Positions 1-8,865 of a stretch of 32,000 nt of DNA are shown here, piece after piece. How positions within the stretch are numbered: the stretch's first letter is position 1; each line of letters starts with the position of its first letter. The DNA is from Mangrovibacillus cuniculi. Lineage in GTDB: Bacteria > Bacillota > Bacilli > Bacillales > R1DC41. The stretch spans positions 1,693,277-1,725,276 of the forward strand of contig NZ_CP049742.1 of assembly GCF_015482585.1 (NCBI RefSeq), read 5' to 3'. Under the pieces are notes generated by a model. It did not search any database, had not been told where the DNA came from, and saw only the letters and a program-made list of their open reading frames with translations. Both the position numbers and the translations under genes were made by a program.

Positions 1-106
1 CCACGGGGCGGGTTGCTGAGCCTCCTCGTCGCTAAAGAACGCGCTCCTGTGGGGTCTCAGTAACCCACCTTTCCCGTAGGAGTCGCCACCCCTCCGCTCC
101 AATCCC
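1..106 (+). repeat. GC-rich palindromic interspersed element, long form, copy A (5' part cut by window edge)
   Basis: The reverse complement of 1-106 aligns by eye with most of 279-400 (copy B). Shared blocks are CTGAGCCTCCTCGTCGC, GGGGTCTCAG, AGGAGTCGCC and CCGCT(C/A)CAATCCC. It is a GC-rich island in AT-rich intergenic DNA. Sense orientation is defined as the strand reading GTGACTGCACAGGGATTTCCGCTGCAGGGGG...CCGCTACAATCCC. Confidence 0.85.
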
Positions 107-195
107 AAAACTTATTTAGTATTTAGCAAAGAACTGCTGTGCGATGATTTTTTTTTAAAAAAATATGAAAATACAAATGAAATAGTACATAAAAC

Positions 196-233
196 AAAAG
201 ACATTTTTGATTATAGTTACCAAAAATGTCTTT
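196..233. terminator. Bidirectional intrinsic terminator hairpin (nadBCA operon end, and probably a convergent upstream gene)
   Basis: AAAAGACATTTTT (196-208) pairs with AAAAATGTCTTT (222-233). A/T runs on both sides give a U-tail on either strand. It lies between the two inverted repeat copies A and B. Confidence 0.6.
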
Positions 234-278
234 ATCTCATATCACTGCAGAAGTAATGAGTAAAATGAATTTATCTTT

Positions 279-434
279 GGGATTGTAGCGGAAGGGGGCG
301 ACTCCTGCGGGAATTAAGCGGGTAGCTGAGACCCCGCAGGAGCCAAGAGCGTCCTTCAGCGACCGCGACGAGGAGGCTCAGATGCACGCCCCGCGGAAAG
401 CGTCCCCCTGCAGCGGAAATCCCTGTGCAGTCAC
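279..434 (-). repeat. GC-rich palindromic interspersed element, long form, copy B (full length, reference copy)
   Basis: The plus strand reads GGGATTGTAGCGGAAGGGGGCGACTCCTGCGGG...CCCCGCAGGAGC...GCGACGAGGAGGCTCAG...CGTCCCCCTGCAGCGGAAATCCCTGTGCAGTCAC. It has imperfect terminal inverted repeats (GGGATT..GGGGG / CCCCC..AATCCC) and an internal 10-bp stem, CTCCTGCGGG/CCCGCAGGAG. It starts about 35 nt after the nadA stop and is in sense orientation relative to the nadA transcript. Confidence 0.9.
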
Positions 435-468
435 ATTAGGGTTTATTTCACCCCCTCATTAATTCTTT

Positions 469-1569
469 CTATACATTCCTCAACATTCGATCTAACGCTT
501 CTATTGCATAGTGGCTTGTTTCCTCGTCCACTTTTATTTGGTTTACTGGTTCCCCCTTGTATACTTGCTCTAGAGACCATAGTAGGTGCGGTAAGTCGAT
601 TCGATTCATGGTTAGGCATGGGCACATGTTTGGGTTTAGAGAAACGATGTCTAGATGTGGGTTTTGTTGGATTAGACGCTGCACTAAGTTCATTTCTGTT
701 CCAATCGCCCACTTTGTACCTGGCTCAGCAGCTTCTATGACATCAATTATCTTCTTTGTAGATCCGTTGTCATCTGCAAGAGCCACTACTTCTCTCGTAC
801 ACTCTGGATGAACAATAATTTTTCTGGTTGGATCGTTCTCTCTTAGATCAATAATGTTTTGCACAGTGAACTTCTCATGAACAGAACAATGACCTTTCCA
901 TAATATCACCTTAATCTCGTCCAATGGTGCATCTGTTTCTAATTTTTTCGCGATTGGGTCCCATACTGCCATTTGTTCTAACGGGATTCCTAAATCAAAT
1001 GCTGTGTTTCGCCCTAAGTGTTGATCAGGTAAAAATAGAATTCGTTCTTTTTGTTCAAAAGCCCATTGCACCATCTTATGTGCGTTAGAAGATGTAACCG
1101 TTGCTCCTTTATGTTTACCAACAAAAGCTTTAATAGCTGCTGTGGAATTAACGTATGTTAACGGAAGAATGGTATCACCAAACATGCCTTGTAACTCATC
1201 CCAAGCATACGTTGTTTGATGTATGTCAGCCATATCCGCCATGGAGCAACCAGCTCTCATATCAGGTAAAACCACCACTTGTTGCTCTGTTGTTAAAATA
1301 TCTGCTGTTTCCGCCATAAAGTGAACCCCACAAAAGACAATGAACTCCGCTTCTGTATTTCGTTCTGCCACCTGAGCCAGTTGAAGGGAATCTCCCGTAA
1401 TATCTGCAAACTCTATAACCTCATTTTTTTGATAATGATGTCCAGGAATCAACAATCTCGTTCCCATTTCCTGTTTAATATACGAAATACGGTTTCTCAT
1501 TTCTTCTTCTGACATTTGTAAGAGCTCATCTGGTAAACTTGTCATATTCTTTGTTAAAAATGATAGCAT
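469..1569 (-). CDS. nadA: Quinolinate synthase NadA
   Basis: The 366-aa ORF is collinear with B. subtilis NadA ([40 protein letters not shown]). It is the last gene of the nadB-nadC-nadA order. Confidence 0.97.
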   Translation of the reverse strand: MLSFLTKNMTSLPDELLQMSEEEMRNRISYIKQEMGTRLLIPGHHYQKNEVIEFADITGDSLQLAQVAERNTEAEFIVFCGVHFMAETADILTTEQQVVVLPDMRAGCSMADMADIHQTTYAWDELQGMFGDTILPLTYVNSTAAIKAFVGKHKGATVTSSNAHKMVQWAFEQKERILFLPDQHLGRNTAFDLGIPLEQMAVWDPIAKKLETDAPLDEIKVILWKGHCSVHEKFTVQNIIDLRENDPTRKIIVHPECTREVVALADDNGSTKKIIDVIEAAEPGTKWAIGTEMNLVQRLIQQNPHLDIVSLNPNMCPCLTMNRIDLPHLLWSLEQVYKGEPVNQIKVDEETSHYAIEALDRMLRNV

Positions 1570-1570
1570 G

Positions 1571-2416
1571 TTAGTTTCCTCCTTCCATTACTACACGAGC
1601 TGAAATATCTAAAGCGGTATAAGAATGCGTTAGAGCACCTAGCGATATAACATTTACTCCAGTTAAAGCATATTCGCGTACATTGGTTACATTTATTCCA
1701 CCTGAAGCCTCTGTTGTAATAGATGAAGGAACGAGCGATACCCATTCTTTCATAGTGGAGGGTTCTGTATTATCAATCATGATAATGTCTACTTCTGCAT
1801 CAATGGCTTCTAATAATTGTTCTTTTGATTCCACTTCCACTTCAATAGTGACTGTATGACCAATGGCATTTTTTACTTTTGCAACGGCCTCCGAGATAGA
1901 CCCAGCAAAAGCAATATGATTGTCTTTTATCATCACTGCATCGTATAGACCAAATCGATGGTTTTTCCCCCCACCTACTTTGACTGCATATTTCTCTAAC
2001 ATCCTCAGTCCTGGCGTTGTTTTCCTTGTGTCAGCTATGGCGCATTTTGTTCCCTCTACTTGCTGCACTACTTTACGAGTTAGTGTAGCGATTCCACATA
2101 AACGTTGTAGTAAATTTAATATGACACGTTCTCCACTAAGTAAACTTTGAACTGGACCAGTAATCTTCGCAACAACGGTTCCTTTTTCTACATATTCTCC
2201 TTCTTGTACGAAAATTTCTACACGGTGGTCTTTATGTAACATGACGTAGCCATCCTCAATAAGGAACCCTCCGCAAAATACACCTTCTTCTTTTACCTTA
2301 AAGAACATTTCTCCGTTTAAACCTTCTGGGAATATGGCACTAGCAGTAAGGTCCCCACTCCCAATATCCTCTAAAAAAGCTCTTTGAAGAAGTTCTTTAA
2401 CGAACAATTTGTTCAT
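1571..2416 (-). CDS. nadC: Nicotinate-nucleotide pyrophosphorylase (quinolinate phosphoribosyltransferase) NadC
   Basis: 281 aa with QPRTase motifs ([32 protein letters not shown]). The start overlaps the nadB stop by 20 nt and the stop abuts the nadA start. Confidence 0.95.
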   Translation of the reverse strand: MNKLFVKELLQRAFLEDIGSGDLTASAIFPEGLNGEMFFKVKEEGVFCGGFLIEDGYVMLHKDHRVEIFVQEGEYVEKGTVVAKITGPVQSLLSGERVILNLLQRLCGIATLTRKVVQQVEGTKCAIADTRKTTPGLRMLEKYAVKVGGGKNHRFGLYDAVMIKDNHIAFAGSISEAVAKVKNAIGHTVTIEVEVESKEQLLEAIDAEVDIIMIDNTEPSTMKEWVSLVPSSITTEASGGINVTNVREYALTGVNVISLGALTHSYTALDISARVVMEGGN

Positions 2417-3971
2417 GTTTTCTCCCCCTAATTTTCACATCTATGTTTGACTGTAAAATATCAAGTTTCTCCCATGCAGGAGTTGCGTTTGGATAATTCG
2501 CATACACATGCGCTCCTCTTGATTCTTTTCGTAAATTAGCTCCCCTAGCGACAAACAATGCTGTGTGTAGCATGATTATTTTTTCAAAATCCGATGCGGT
2601 ACATGTGATTGGGTTTACGTCTCTATACATGGACAGTTGCTCTTGTACCCAATTATAAAACCACTCTAAATCTTCTTTATTACGAATGATTCCTATATGA
2701 CTCATGGTCAAGTCTTGAATTGTTTCTTTGGAGACTGTTATTTTATCTCCATCATCTAGAGAGGATATTTCCAAAGAAAGATCAGCAGAAGGAGAAAGAA
2801 TGCGTGAGTTGTTCAAATAGTCCGCTAGCGCATTCCCTTGAACAATACCTTCTAACAATGAGTTACTTGCTAAACGATTTGCACCATGTAATCCCGTACA
2901 GCTAACTTCTCCAATAGCGTAAAGTCCTTCTACAGCTGTTTCTCCCTTGTAGTCGACTTCAATCCCTCCCATAAAGAAGTGAGACCCTGGAATAACAGGT
3001 AATAAATCTTGTGTTGGATCTAAATTATTTAGTTGTGAAAGGTTCCACAGTGATGGAAACTTTTTCTTAAGGTTTTTTATCCTTCGACAATCTAGATAAA
3101 TAGATGAACCAGCTCGAATATGTTGATAAATAGTGTGAGCTACAATGTGTCTTGGAGCAAGTTCTCCACCTGAATGAACATCTTGCATAATTCGCAATCC
3201 GTTTTTGGTCACTAAGGTTGCGCCTGCTCCTCTTAAAGCTTCTGTTAAAAGACCAACTGCATGATTTTTTACTTGTAGCAAAGTAGGATGAAATTGAACA
3301 AATTCCATATCTACAAGAACTGCTCCCGCTTCATGTGCTAAATAATAACCGTCACCTAGTGCACCTTGTTGATTAGAGGAATGCTTGTAAATAGAACCTC
3401 CACCTCCTGTAGCTAAAATGAGATGAGAAGTAGTGATCGTGCCAATTTGATTATTTTCATCTACATACACTAACCCCGATACTTTCCGTTGATTATCTAA
3501 TAGGATCTTTCTGACAGTAGAATGTTCCATCCAAGTTACGTTCGTATCTTTGTACATAAATTCACAAAGATTGACACCAGTAGCATCTCCACCACTATGA
3601 ATGATTCGGTTGGTGGAATGCGCGCCTTCTAAACCTAAATCGATAGACCCATCCATTTTTCTATCTACTTCAAACCCTTCTTGTATTAAACTGTCTAGTT
3701 GACTAGTGCTATTTTTAACTATCCATTTTGTTGAAGATAAATTATTATGATTCTCTCCAGCCTGGATGGTATCTTTTACATGAAGATCTACGTTATCTAT
3801 TGGAGAAACAACAGCAGCTATACCTCCTTGGGCACGGTAAGAGTTACTATCTTCCCATTTCCCCTTTGTGATAATTATCACATTTAAGTCCGAGCGTAAT
3901 TTTCTAGCTATTTGTAAAGCAGCAACGCCGCTTCCTACAATAACGATGTCAGCTCTTTTCACTATACTCAC
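2397..3971 (-). CDS. nadB: L-aspartate oxidase NadB
   Basis: 524 aa with an FAD fold (VIVGSGVAAL), plus RIIHSGGDATG and GLHGANRLASNSLLEG. The GTG at 3971 lies inside an AGGTGA Shine-Dalgarno sequence. The GTG at 3962 (MKRADIV...) is better spaced and may be the true start. Confidence 0.93.
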   Translation of the reverse strand: MSIVKRADIVIVGSGVAALQIARKLRSDLNVIIITKGKWEDSNSYRAQGGIAAVVSPIDNVDLHVKDTIQAGENHNNLSSTKWIVKNSTSQLDSLIQEGFEVDRKMDGSIDLGLEGAHSTNRIIHSGGDATGVNLCEFMYKDTNVTWMEHSTVRKILLDNQRKVSGLVYVDENNQIGTITTSHLILATGGGGSIYKHSSNQQGALGDGYYLAHEAGAVLVDMEFVQFHPTLLQVKNHAVGLLTEALRGAGATLVTKNGLRIMQDVHSGGELAPRHIVAHTIYQHIRAGSSIYLDCRRIKNLKKKFPSLWNLSQLNNLDPTQDLLPVIPGSHFFMGGIEVDYKGETAVEGLYAIGEVSCTGLHGANRLASNSLLEGIVQGNALADYLNNSRILSPSADLSLEISSLDDGDKITVSKETIQDLTMSHIGIIRNKEDLEWFYNWVQEQLSMYRDVNPITCTASDFEKIIMLHTALFVARGANLRKESRGAHVYANYPNATPAWEKLDILQSNIDVKIRGRKHEQIVR

Positions 3972-3994
3972 CTACAAGTCTCTGAGTTTACAAA

Positions 3995-4050
3995 AGTATA
4001 ACATTACCTTTACATCTGTCTTGACACTTAGTTTTACATAAACTTATGAT
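3995..4050. promoter_or_regulatory. Divergent nadB / nifS promoter region with candidate NiaR operator palindrome
   Basis: Plus strand: -35 TTGACA (4021-4026), 18-nt spacer, -10 TATGAT (4045-4050) ahead of nifS. Minus strand: extended -10 TGTTATACT (3995-4003) ahead of nadB. The palindrome TGTCTTGACA (4017-4026) overlaps the nifS -35 and sits upstream of the nadB -10. NiaR (YrxA) is known to repress both operons in B. subtilis. The exact operator consensus is recalled only approximately. Confidence 0.5.
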
Positions 4051-4108
4051 ATTGACAAGAGGAAATTTTATGATGTGTAAGCGCAATCAAAACTTAAGAG
4101 GTGAAAAG

Positions 4109-5266
4109 ATGATTTATTTAGACACAGCTGCTACAACAAAAATGGATTCAAAGGCAGTAGAAGCCTACGTATTTACTGCACAGAATTTTTTTGGTAATGC
4201 TAGCAGTTTGCATAACATTGGAGGAGACGCACATCACGTTCTCGAACAATCTAGACAGGCCGTAGCAGATTTTTTACAGGTAGATGAACGATGCGTCATT
4301 TTTACATCTGGAGGCACAGAAAGTAATAGACTTGCCTTAGAATTCCTTTGTTCTTTGCTTCCATCTGACAAATCTATTTATATAAATGAAACAGAACATC
4401 CATCCATTTTCAAAAGCATCCCTAATTCATATATGGATCAAGTTAACGTAATCTCTTTATTCAACGAGGACTCCTTACCAACCAAAAAGGTTTGTGAGGA
4501 AACAAAACAATGTGGACTGTTAGTAGTACAACATGTTAATTCAGAAATAGGATTAATTCATAATGTAAAAGAAATCATACGTATGTCGGCAGAAGATGAA
4601 ATTCTAGTGCATTGTGATTCTGTTCAATCTTTTGGTAAACTTTCCTTAGCAAATGTTCTTCCATATGTGAGCACCATCAGTATATCTGCTCACAAAATCG
4701 GTGGACCTAAAGGAGTTGGGGCACTGATTCTTAACCCTACTCTCCTAAGTAAATTGCAACTTTCCCCAAAAGAACAAGAATTAGGTCTACGATTAGGGAC
4801 AGAGAATGTACCAGGGATAGTGTCTTTTGCACAAAGTATTTTATCTTTTAAAGAGAAGCAAATACCAGATCTTGTACTTTGGCAAATGAGAAAAGAGTTT
4901 TTATCTATTTTAAAAAACAGAATACCTTCATTAATCATTTTAGAAGGACATGAATCAGAACAACTACCTACCATTATTGGTTGTATTATTCCAGGGTTAG
5001 AGGGACAATGGGTTATGTTGGAAGCTAATCGAAAAGGTGTTGCTTTATCAACCGGTAGTGCTTGTCAAGCTGGCATGCAGACGATTAGTCCAATGATCAA
5101 AAATTATACTAAGTCAACCGAAGAGGCATTGGGATACTTCCGTATATCCTTTGACTCTTCTACAACACTACAAGAGCTAAAACAAGCTGCTCTAGTCTTA
5201 GTAGAAATCTATGAAGATTGGCATAGTAAAGAAAGGATTTGGCATAATGAAAAAGTTACTAGGTGA
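4109..5266 (+). CDS. nifS: Cysteine desulfurase, NifS type (NAD-biosynthesis associated)
   Basis: Class V aminotransferase fold with a PLP lysine motif (SISAHKIGGPKG) and catalytic Cys (STGSACQAG). The ATG at 4109 is preceded by AAGAGGTG at 4096-4103. The ORF-track start at 4046 has no RBS. The gene is divergent from nadB, as in B. subtilis. Confidence 0.9.
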   Translation: MIYLDTAATTKMDSKAVEAYVFTAQNFFGNASSLHNIGGDAHHVLEQSRQAVADFLQVDERCVIFTSGGTESNRLALEFLCSLLPSDKSIYINETEHPSIFKSIPNSYMDQVNVISLFNEDSLPTKKVCEETKQCGLLVVQHVNSEIGLIHNVKEIIRMSAEDEILVHCDSVQSFGKLSLANVLPYVSTISISAHKIGGPKGVGALILNPTLLSKLQLSPKEQELGLRLGTENVPGIVSFAQSILSFKEKQIPDLVLWQMRKEFLSILKNRIPSLIILEGHESEQLPTIIGCIIPGLEGQWVMLEANRKGVALSTGSACQAGMQTISPMIKNYTKSTEEALGYFRISFDSSTTLQELKQAALVLVEIYEDWHSKERIWHNEKVTR

Positions 5267-5780
5267 TGAACGTAGAGAGTACATTTTAAAGAGATTGAAG
5301 GAATCTAATGAGCCCATTAAAGGTGGCGTATTTGCGGAAGAGACAAATGTTAGTAGACAAGTAATTGTTGGTGATATTACTCTCCTAAAGGCCAAAAATG
5401 AGCCAATCATTGCAACTAGCCAAGGGTATATTTATATAAAAGCAAATGGGCATTCGGAAAAAGTCATTAAAACAATAGCATGTAAGCATGAACCAGAGGC
5501 AGCCGAAAAAGAATTAGAGCTTTTCGTTAAGCATGGTGTTACGGTGAAAGATGTCATTGTAGAACATGCGATTTACGGGGACTTAACAGCTTCTATCATG
5601 GTATCTACCAGTGCAGACGTACATGCTTTCATGCAGCAAGTGAAGTCTACTAATGCGACTTTCTTGTCTGCTTTAACAAACGGTGTTCATCTTCATACGG
5701 TGGAAGCTAACTCTAATGAACAGATTGATCGTGCTCTTCAAGAGTTGGAGGCAGAAGGGTTCCTTTATTCTGAGGGATGA
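5247..5780 (+). CDS. niaR: Transcriptional repressor NiaR (YrxA; HTH + 3H domain)
   Basis: 177 aa from the ATG at 5247, with RBS GAAAGGA 9 nt upstream. It overlaps the nifS stop by 20 nt. The N-terminal HTH region (RREYILKRLKESNEPIKG) and C-terminal 3H-type histidines match the YrxA family, and the nifS-niaR synteny fits. Confidence 0.88.
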   Translation: MKKLLGDERREYILKRLKESNEPIKGGVFAEETNVSRQVIVGDITLLKAKNEPIIATSQGYIYIKANGHSEKVIKTIACKHEPEAAEKELELFVKHGVTVKDVIVEHAIYGDLTASIMVSTSADVHAFMQQVKSTNATFLSALTNGVHLHTVEANSNEQIDRALQELEAEGFLYSEG

Positions 5781-5814
5781 TTTTGTAAAATAGAAGCTAT
5801 GACAAAATCCATAA

Positions 5815-5860
5815 GTGACTGCATAGCGATTTCCGCTGCAGGGGGACGCTTCAACCCCGA
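5815..5860 (+). repeat. GC-rich interspersed element, short form, copy D (diverged)
   Basis: GTGACTGCATAGCGATTTCCGCTGCAGGGGGACGCTTCAACCCC matches the sense-strand start of copies B and C, with a few substitutions and a degenerate 3' end. The AT-rich tail (GAATATAATAA...) resembles the tail next to copy C. It begins 35 nt after the niaR stop, in sense orientation relative to niaR. Confidence 0.75.
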
Positions 5861-5923
5861 AGATGAATATAATAAATCACTAAATTTGCATTGTTATAAT
5901 AGTCAATAGTTTTCAAATATTAA

Positions 5924-5972
5924 CGATCAAAAGGTACATTCGATTTGAATATACCTTTTGGTCGTTTCGTAT
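5924..5972. terminator. Bidirectional terminator shared by convergent niaR and pheA
   Basis: CGATCAAAAGGTA (5924-5936) pairs with TACCTTTTGGTCG (5952-5964), with a T-rich tail on both strands. It lies between the niaR stop (5780) and the pheA stop (5992). Confidence 0.75.
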
Positions 5973-5991
5973 TATTCCAGTGTATTTTTTA

Positions 5992-6834
5992 TCAACCCTC
6001 TAGATAAGTAGCATGGTACGATCCCACTACTTTCACTTCACATCCAAGAGCCTCTAGTTCTTCTACTGAACCTCGCAATAATAAACTACTCCAATCTTCT
6101 TCAATATCTATCATAAAGAAGTATTGTCCTAGTCTAGTTTTTAAAGGTCGAGATTCAATTTTAGATAAATTCAGCTTTCTCCATGCAAAGGCAGACAATA
6201 CACTGTGAAGTCCACCTGGTCGATCTTCTGGTAACGTAACCATAATAGTGGTTTTCTTCTTTTTATTTTCAAAAAGAGTCATCGTTTCATGAGAAACTAA
6301 AACAAACCTAGTGTGATTTCTCTCTACATCATGGATATTTTCTGTTGCTAGAACTAGATCGTATTCTTCAGCAGCTTTTTTATTGGCAATGGCTGCAAAT
6401 GGTTGATCTTCGTTTTCCTTTACATACGCGGCTGCCGCGGCTGTAGAGCTCATAGGAATCCATTCCGCACTTGCATGTTCTTTATGTAAAAAAGAGTGAC
6501 ATTGAGCCAAAGCGTGAGAATGAGATACTACTTTCACGATAGGTGTGTTATTTTGTACAGTTTTTTTAGAAAGCAAAAAATGTTGTGCAATAGGTAACGT
6601 ATACTCCGCTTGAATGGTCATCGTAGAATGATGAAACAGATAGTCAATCGTCATCGAAACCGTTCCTTCAAGTGTGTTTTCTAACGGCACAAACGCAGCA
6701 TCTACCTTAGCACTCTCCGCCCACTCCAAAGCCATTTGAATCGTGGGAGCAGGGGTCAAAATAGCGTGAGGAAATGCCTGGCTAACAGCCTCATGTGTAA
6801 AAGTACCATTTGGACCTAAATAAGCTATATTCAT
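5992..6834 (-). CDS. pheA: Prephenate dehydratase PheA
   Basis: 280 aa with a PDT domain (NIAYLGPNGTFTHEA, HTRFVLV) and a C-terminal ACT domain (LSKIESRPLK). A strong RBS, GAGGAGGA, lies upstream of the ATG at 6834. Confidence 0.95.
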   Translation of the reverse strand: MNIAYLGPNGTFTHEAVSQAFPHAILTPAPTIQMALEWAESAKVDAAFVPLENTLEGTVSMTIDYLFHHSTMTIQAEYTLPIAQHFLLSKKTVQNNTPIVKVVSHSHALAQCHSFLHKEHASAEWIPMSSTAAAAAYVKENEDQPFAAIANKKAAEEYDLVLATENIHDVERNHTRFVLVSHETMTLFENKKKKTTIMVTLPEDRPGGLHSVLSAFAWRKLNLSKIESRPLKTRLGQYFFMIDIEEDWSSLLLRGSVEELEALGCEVKVVGSYHATYLEG

Positions 6835-6885
6835 CTATATTTCCTCCTCATCTTTCCATGGATAGGAAGAGATTTGATAAAGTAG

Positions 6886-6920
6886 AAAAAGGTGCATATT
6901 AGCTAACATGCACCTTTTTT
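6886..6920. terminator. Intrinsic terminator-like hairpin between pheB and pheA
   Basis: AAAAAGGTGCAT (6886-6897) pairs with ATGCACCTTTTT (6908-6919). On the minus strand a TTTTTCTACTTT tail follows. It ends about 50 nt upstream of the pheA start. Confidence 0.65.
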
Positions 6921-7000
6921 ATTACTATTTAATTAAACACAAGTTTAAATACGAGTAAACCATATTACTGCAGAAATATTGGTATTAAACTATTATATTT

Positions 7001-7044
7001 GGGATTGTAGCGTCCCCCTGCAGCGGAAATCCCTGTGCAGTCAC
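7001..7044 (-). repeat. GC-rich interspersed element, short form, copy C
   Basis: GGGATTGTAGCG joined directly to TCCCCCTGCAGCGGAAATCCCTGTGCAGTCAC. This equals the two ends of copy B with the ~110-bp interior missing. The left flank (CATATTACTGCAGAAATATTGG...TTT) is homologous to the flank of copy B (ATATCACTGCAGAAGTAATG...TTT). It starts 11 nt after the pheB stop, in sense orientation relative to pheB. Confidence 0.9.
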
Positions 7045-7055
7045 TAATTGTTCCA

Positions 7056-7514
7056 TCACGCACCAGAACCAAGCACTTCGACCTTATCTACGAACTCTAA
7101 CTTTCGTAAACGACTCAAAAACTCATCAATCGTTACATTCATCTCATTCATATTAATCGATAAAGTAACATTTGCTTTTCCTTGTAAAGGAATAGTTTGG
7201 TGAATTGTTAAGATATTGCATCCATTTTCCGCAACAACTTGTAACAATTGTGATAACGTTCCAGAGCGATCCTCTAAGTGGAAAAACAACGTTACAAGCT
7301 TTTCTTTGACCATTGTATGAAACGGGAAAACTGTATCACGATACTTATAAAAAGCACTTCTACTCAAATCTACTTCGTGCACCGCATCCCAGACGGAGTC
7401 CACTTTCCCTCTCTCCAACAATTCTTTTGCATCCAATGTTTTTTTCATTGCCTCAGGTAAAACATCTTCACGCACAAGATAAAATTTTAAGTCGCTGGTT
7501 GTCTGATCTCGCAC
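7056..7514 (-). CDS. pheB: ACT-domain protein PheB
   Basis: 152 aa, highly similar to B. subtilis PheB ([58 protein letters not shown]). GTG start with AGGAGGA 6 nt upstream. Confidence 0.93.
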   Translation of the reverse strand: MRDQTTSDLKFYLVREDVLPEAMKKTLDAKELLERGKVDSVWDAVHEVDLSRSAFYKYRDTVFPFHTMVKEKLVTLFFHLEDRSGTLSQLLQVVAENGCNILTIHQTIPLQGKANVTLSINMNEMNVTIDEFLSRLRKLEFVDKVEVLGSGA

Positions 7515-7537
7515 ACCGCATCCTCCTAAAGTAGATC

Positions 7538-8824
7538 TTAATCGATAAACTCAAACTCGAAATCGAATAAACGAATGATATCGCCGTTTTCTGCTCCACG
7601 CTTACGAAGTGATTCATCCACACCCATAGAACGTAATTGGCGAGCAAAACGTCTCGCAGACTCATCTCGAGAGAAGTCAGTCATCTTGAATAATCGCTCG
7701 ATCTGATCACCTGATAAAACGAATACCCCGTCTGGATCTCTCGTGATAGTGAAACGATCATCATCTGACTCATGCTTATACATAACGCGGTGGATACCAG
7801 TTTCCTCTTCTTGTGTAAGTGGGAATTCTGGAGTAGTTTCCACTAGGTCAGCGATTGCAAATAATACTTCACGTAGACCTTGTCTAGTAACCGCGGAAAT
7901 TGGGAAGATTGGGAAGTCTTCTTCTATTTTGTCACGGAAAATCGCTAAGTTTTCTTCCGCTTCTGGCAAGTCCATCTTATTCGCAACAATAATTTGAGGT
8001 CTTTCCATTAAACGTAAGTTATATTCTTTTAATTCTGCGTTGATCGTAACGTAATCCTCGTATGGATCTCTACCTTCCACACCTGCCATGTCAATAACAT
8101 GGACAATAACACGGGTACGTTCGATGTGACGAAGGAACTGATGACCTAATCCTACTCCTTCATGTGCTCCTTCAATAAGTCCTGGAAGGTCTGCCATAAC
8201 GAAACTACGTTGATCTTCTGTTTGTACCATTCCTAGATTAGGAACGATTGTCGTAAAGTGATAGTCACCAATCTTTGGACGAGCACTTGAAACAACGGAA
8301 AGTAGAGTAGATTTTCCTACACTTGGGAATCCTACTAAACCTACATCAGCTAATAATTTTAGCTCCATTACAATATTACGTTCTTGTCCTGGTTCACCGT
8401 TTTCGGATAATTCAGGTGCTGGGTTAGCAGGTGTAGCAAATCGAGAGTTACCTCTTCCTCCGCGACCTCCACGTGCAATCACCGCTTCTTGTCCATGTTC
8501 TACTAAATCTGCAATAACTTCTCCTGTTTCTTCCACAGTAACTACAGTTCCAGGTGGAACCTTTACTACCATATCAGAAGAATTACGGCCATGTTGATTC
8601 TTACTCATTCCATGTTCTCCACGGTCCGCTTTGAAATGGCGTTTGAATCGGAAATCCATTAGCGTTCGTAGACCTTCATCTACTTTAAACACTACATTTC
8701 CACCTTTTCCTCCATCTCCACCAGCTGGACCACCATTTGGAACATACTTTTCGCGACGGAAGGCAACCATACCATTTCCACCGTCTCCACCTTTCACATA
8801 CACTTTGACGCTATCGACAAACAT
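7538..8824 (-). CDS. obg: GTPase Obg
   Basis: Obg fold ([29 protein letters not shown]) and G domain ([24 protein letters not shown]). The ORF-track start at 8833 is the GTG inside AGGAGGTG. The ATG at 8824 matches the B. subtilis N-terminus. Confidence 0.96.
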   Translation of the reverse strand: MFVDSVKVYVKGGDGGNGMVAFRREKYVPNGGPAGGDGGKGGNVVFKVDEGLRTLMDFRFKRHFKADRGEHGMSKNQHGRNSSDMVVKVPPGTVVTVEETGEVIADLVEHGQEAVIARGGRGGRGNSRFATPANPAPELSENGEPGQERNIVMELKLLADVGLVGFPSVGKSTLLSVVSSARPKIGDYHFTTIVPNLGMVQTEDQRSFVMADLPGLIEGAHEGVGLGHQFLRHIERTRVIVHVIDMAGVEGRDPYEDYVTINAELKEYNLRLMERPQIIVANKMDLPEAEENLAIFRDKIEEDFPIFPISAVTRQGLREVLFAIADLVETTPEFPLTQEEETGIHRVMYKHESDDDRFTITRDPDGVFVLSGDQIERLFKMTDFSRDESARRFARQLRSMGVDESLRKRGAENGDIIRLFDFEFEFID

Positions 8825-8865
8825 GAAAGGCACCTCCTCTTTTCTGTGTCTATGTTGTTAGAAAT

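Noticed and set aside
140-170. T9/A7 homopolymer palindrome (GATGATTTTTTTTTAAAAAAATATG) in the spacer between repeat copies A and B
   Set aside because: An AT-only stem has negligible stability, and nothing else supports a function. It is probably just AT-rich intergenic DNA, at most a bend or slippage-prone tract.
443-811. ORF-track entries 443..712 (-), 504..740 (+) and 557..811 (+), 78-89 aa each, around the end of nadA and repeat copy B
   Set aside because: They overlap the well-supported nadA frame or run into the GC-rich repeat. They have no RBS and low-complexity, Arg/Pro-rich or odd composition. They are typical shadow ORFs, or the repeat translated by accident.
4046-4108. N-terminal extensions suggested by the ORF track (nifS 4046, niaR 5211, obg 8833, rpmA 10049, spoIVFA 14221, mreC 17211, spoIIB-like 21364, pilT 27694, PRC-barrel 31473)
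   Set aside because: In each case the upstream start is a GTG/TTG embedded in the Shine-Dalgarno sequence, or lacks an RBS, or overlaps the preceding gene or a terminator. The downstream start matches homologue N-termini and has proper SD spacing.
6835-7055. Possible T-box or other amino-acid-responsive attenuator upstream of pheA, suggested by the terminator hairpin about 50 nt before the start
   Set aside because: No T-box consensus, specifier-loop architecture or alternative antiterminator pairing is visible. Most of the spacer is accounted for by the interspersed element and its AT-rich tail.
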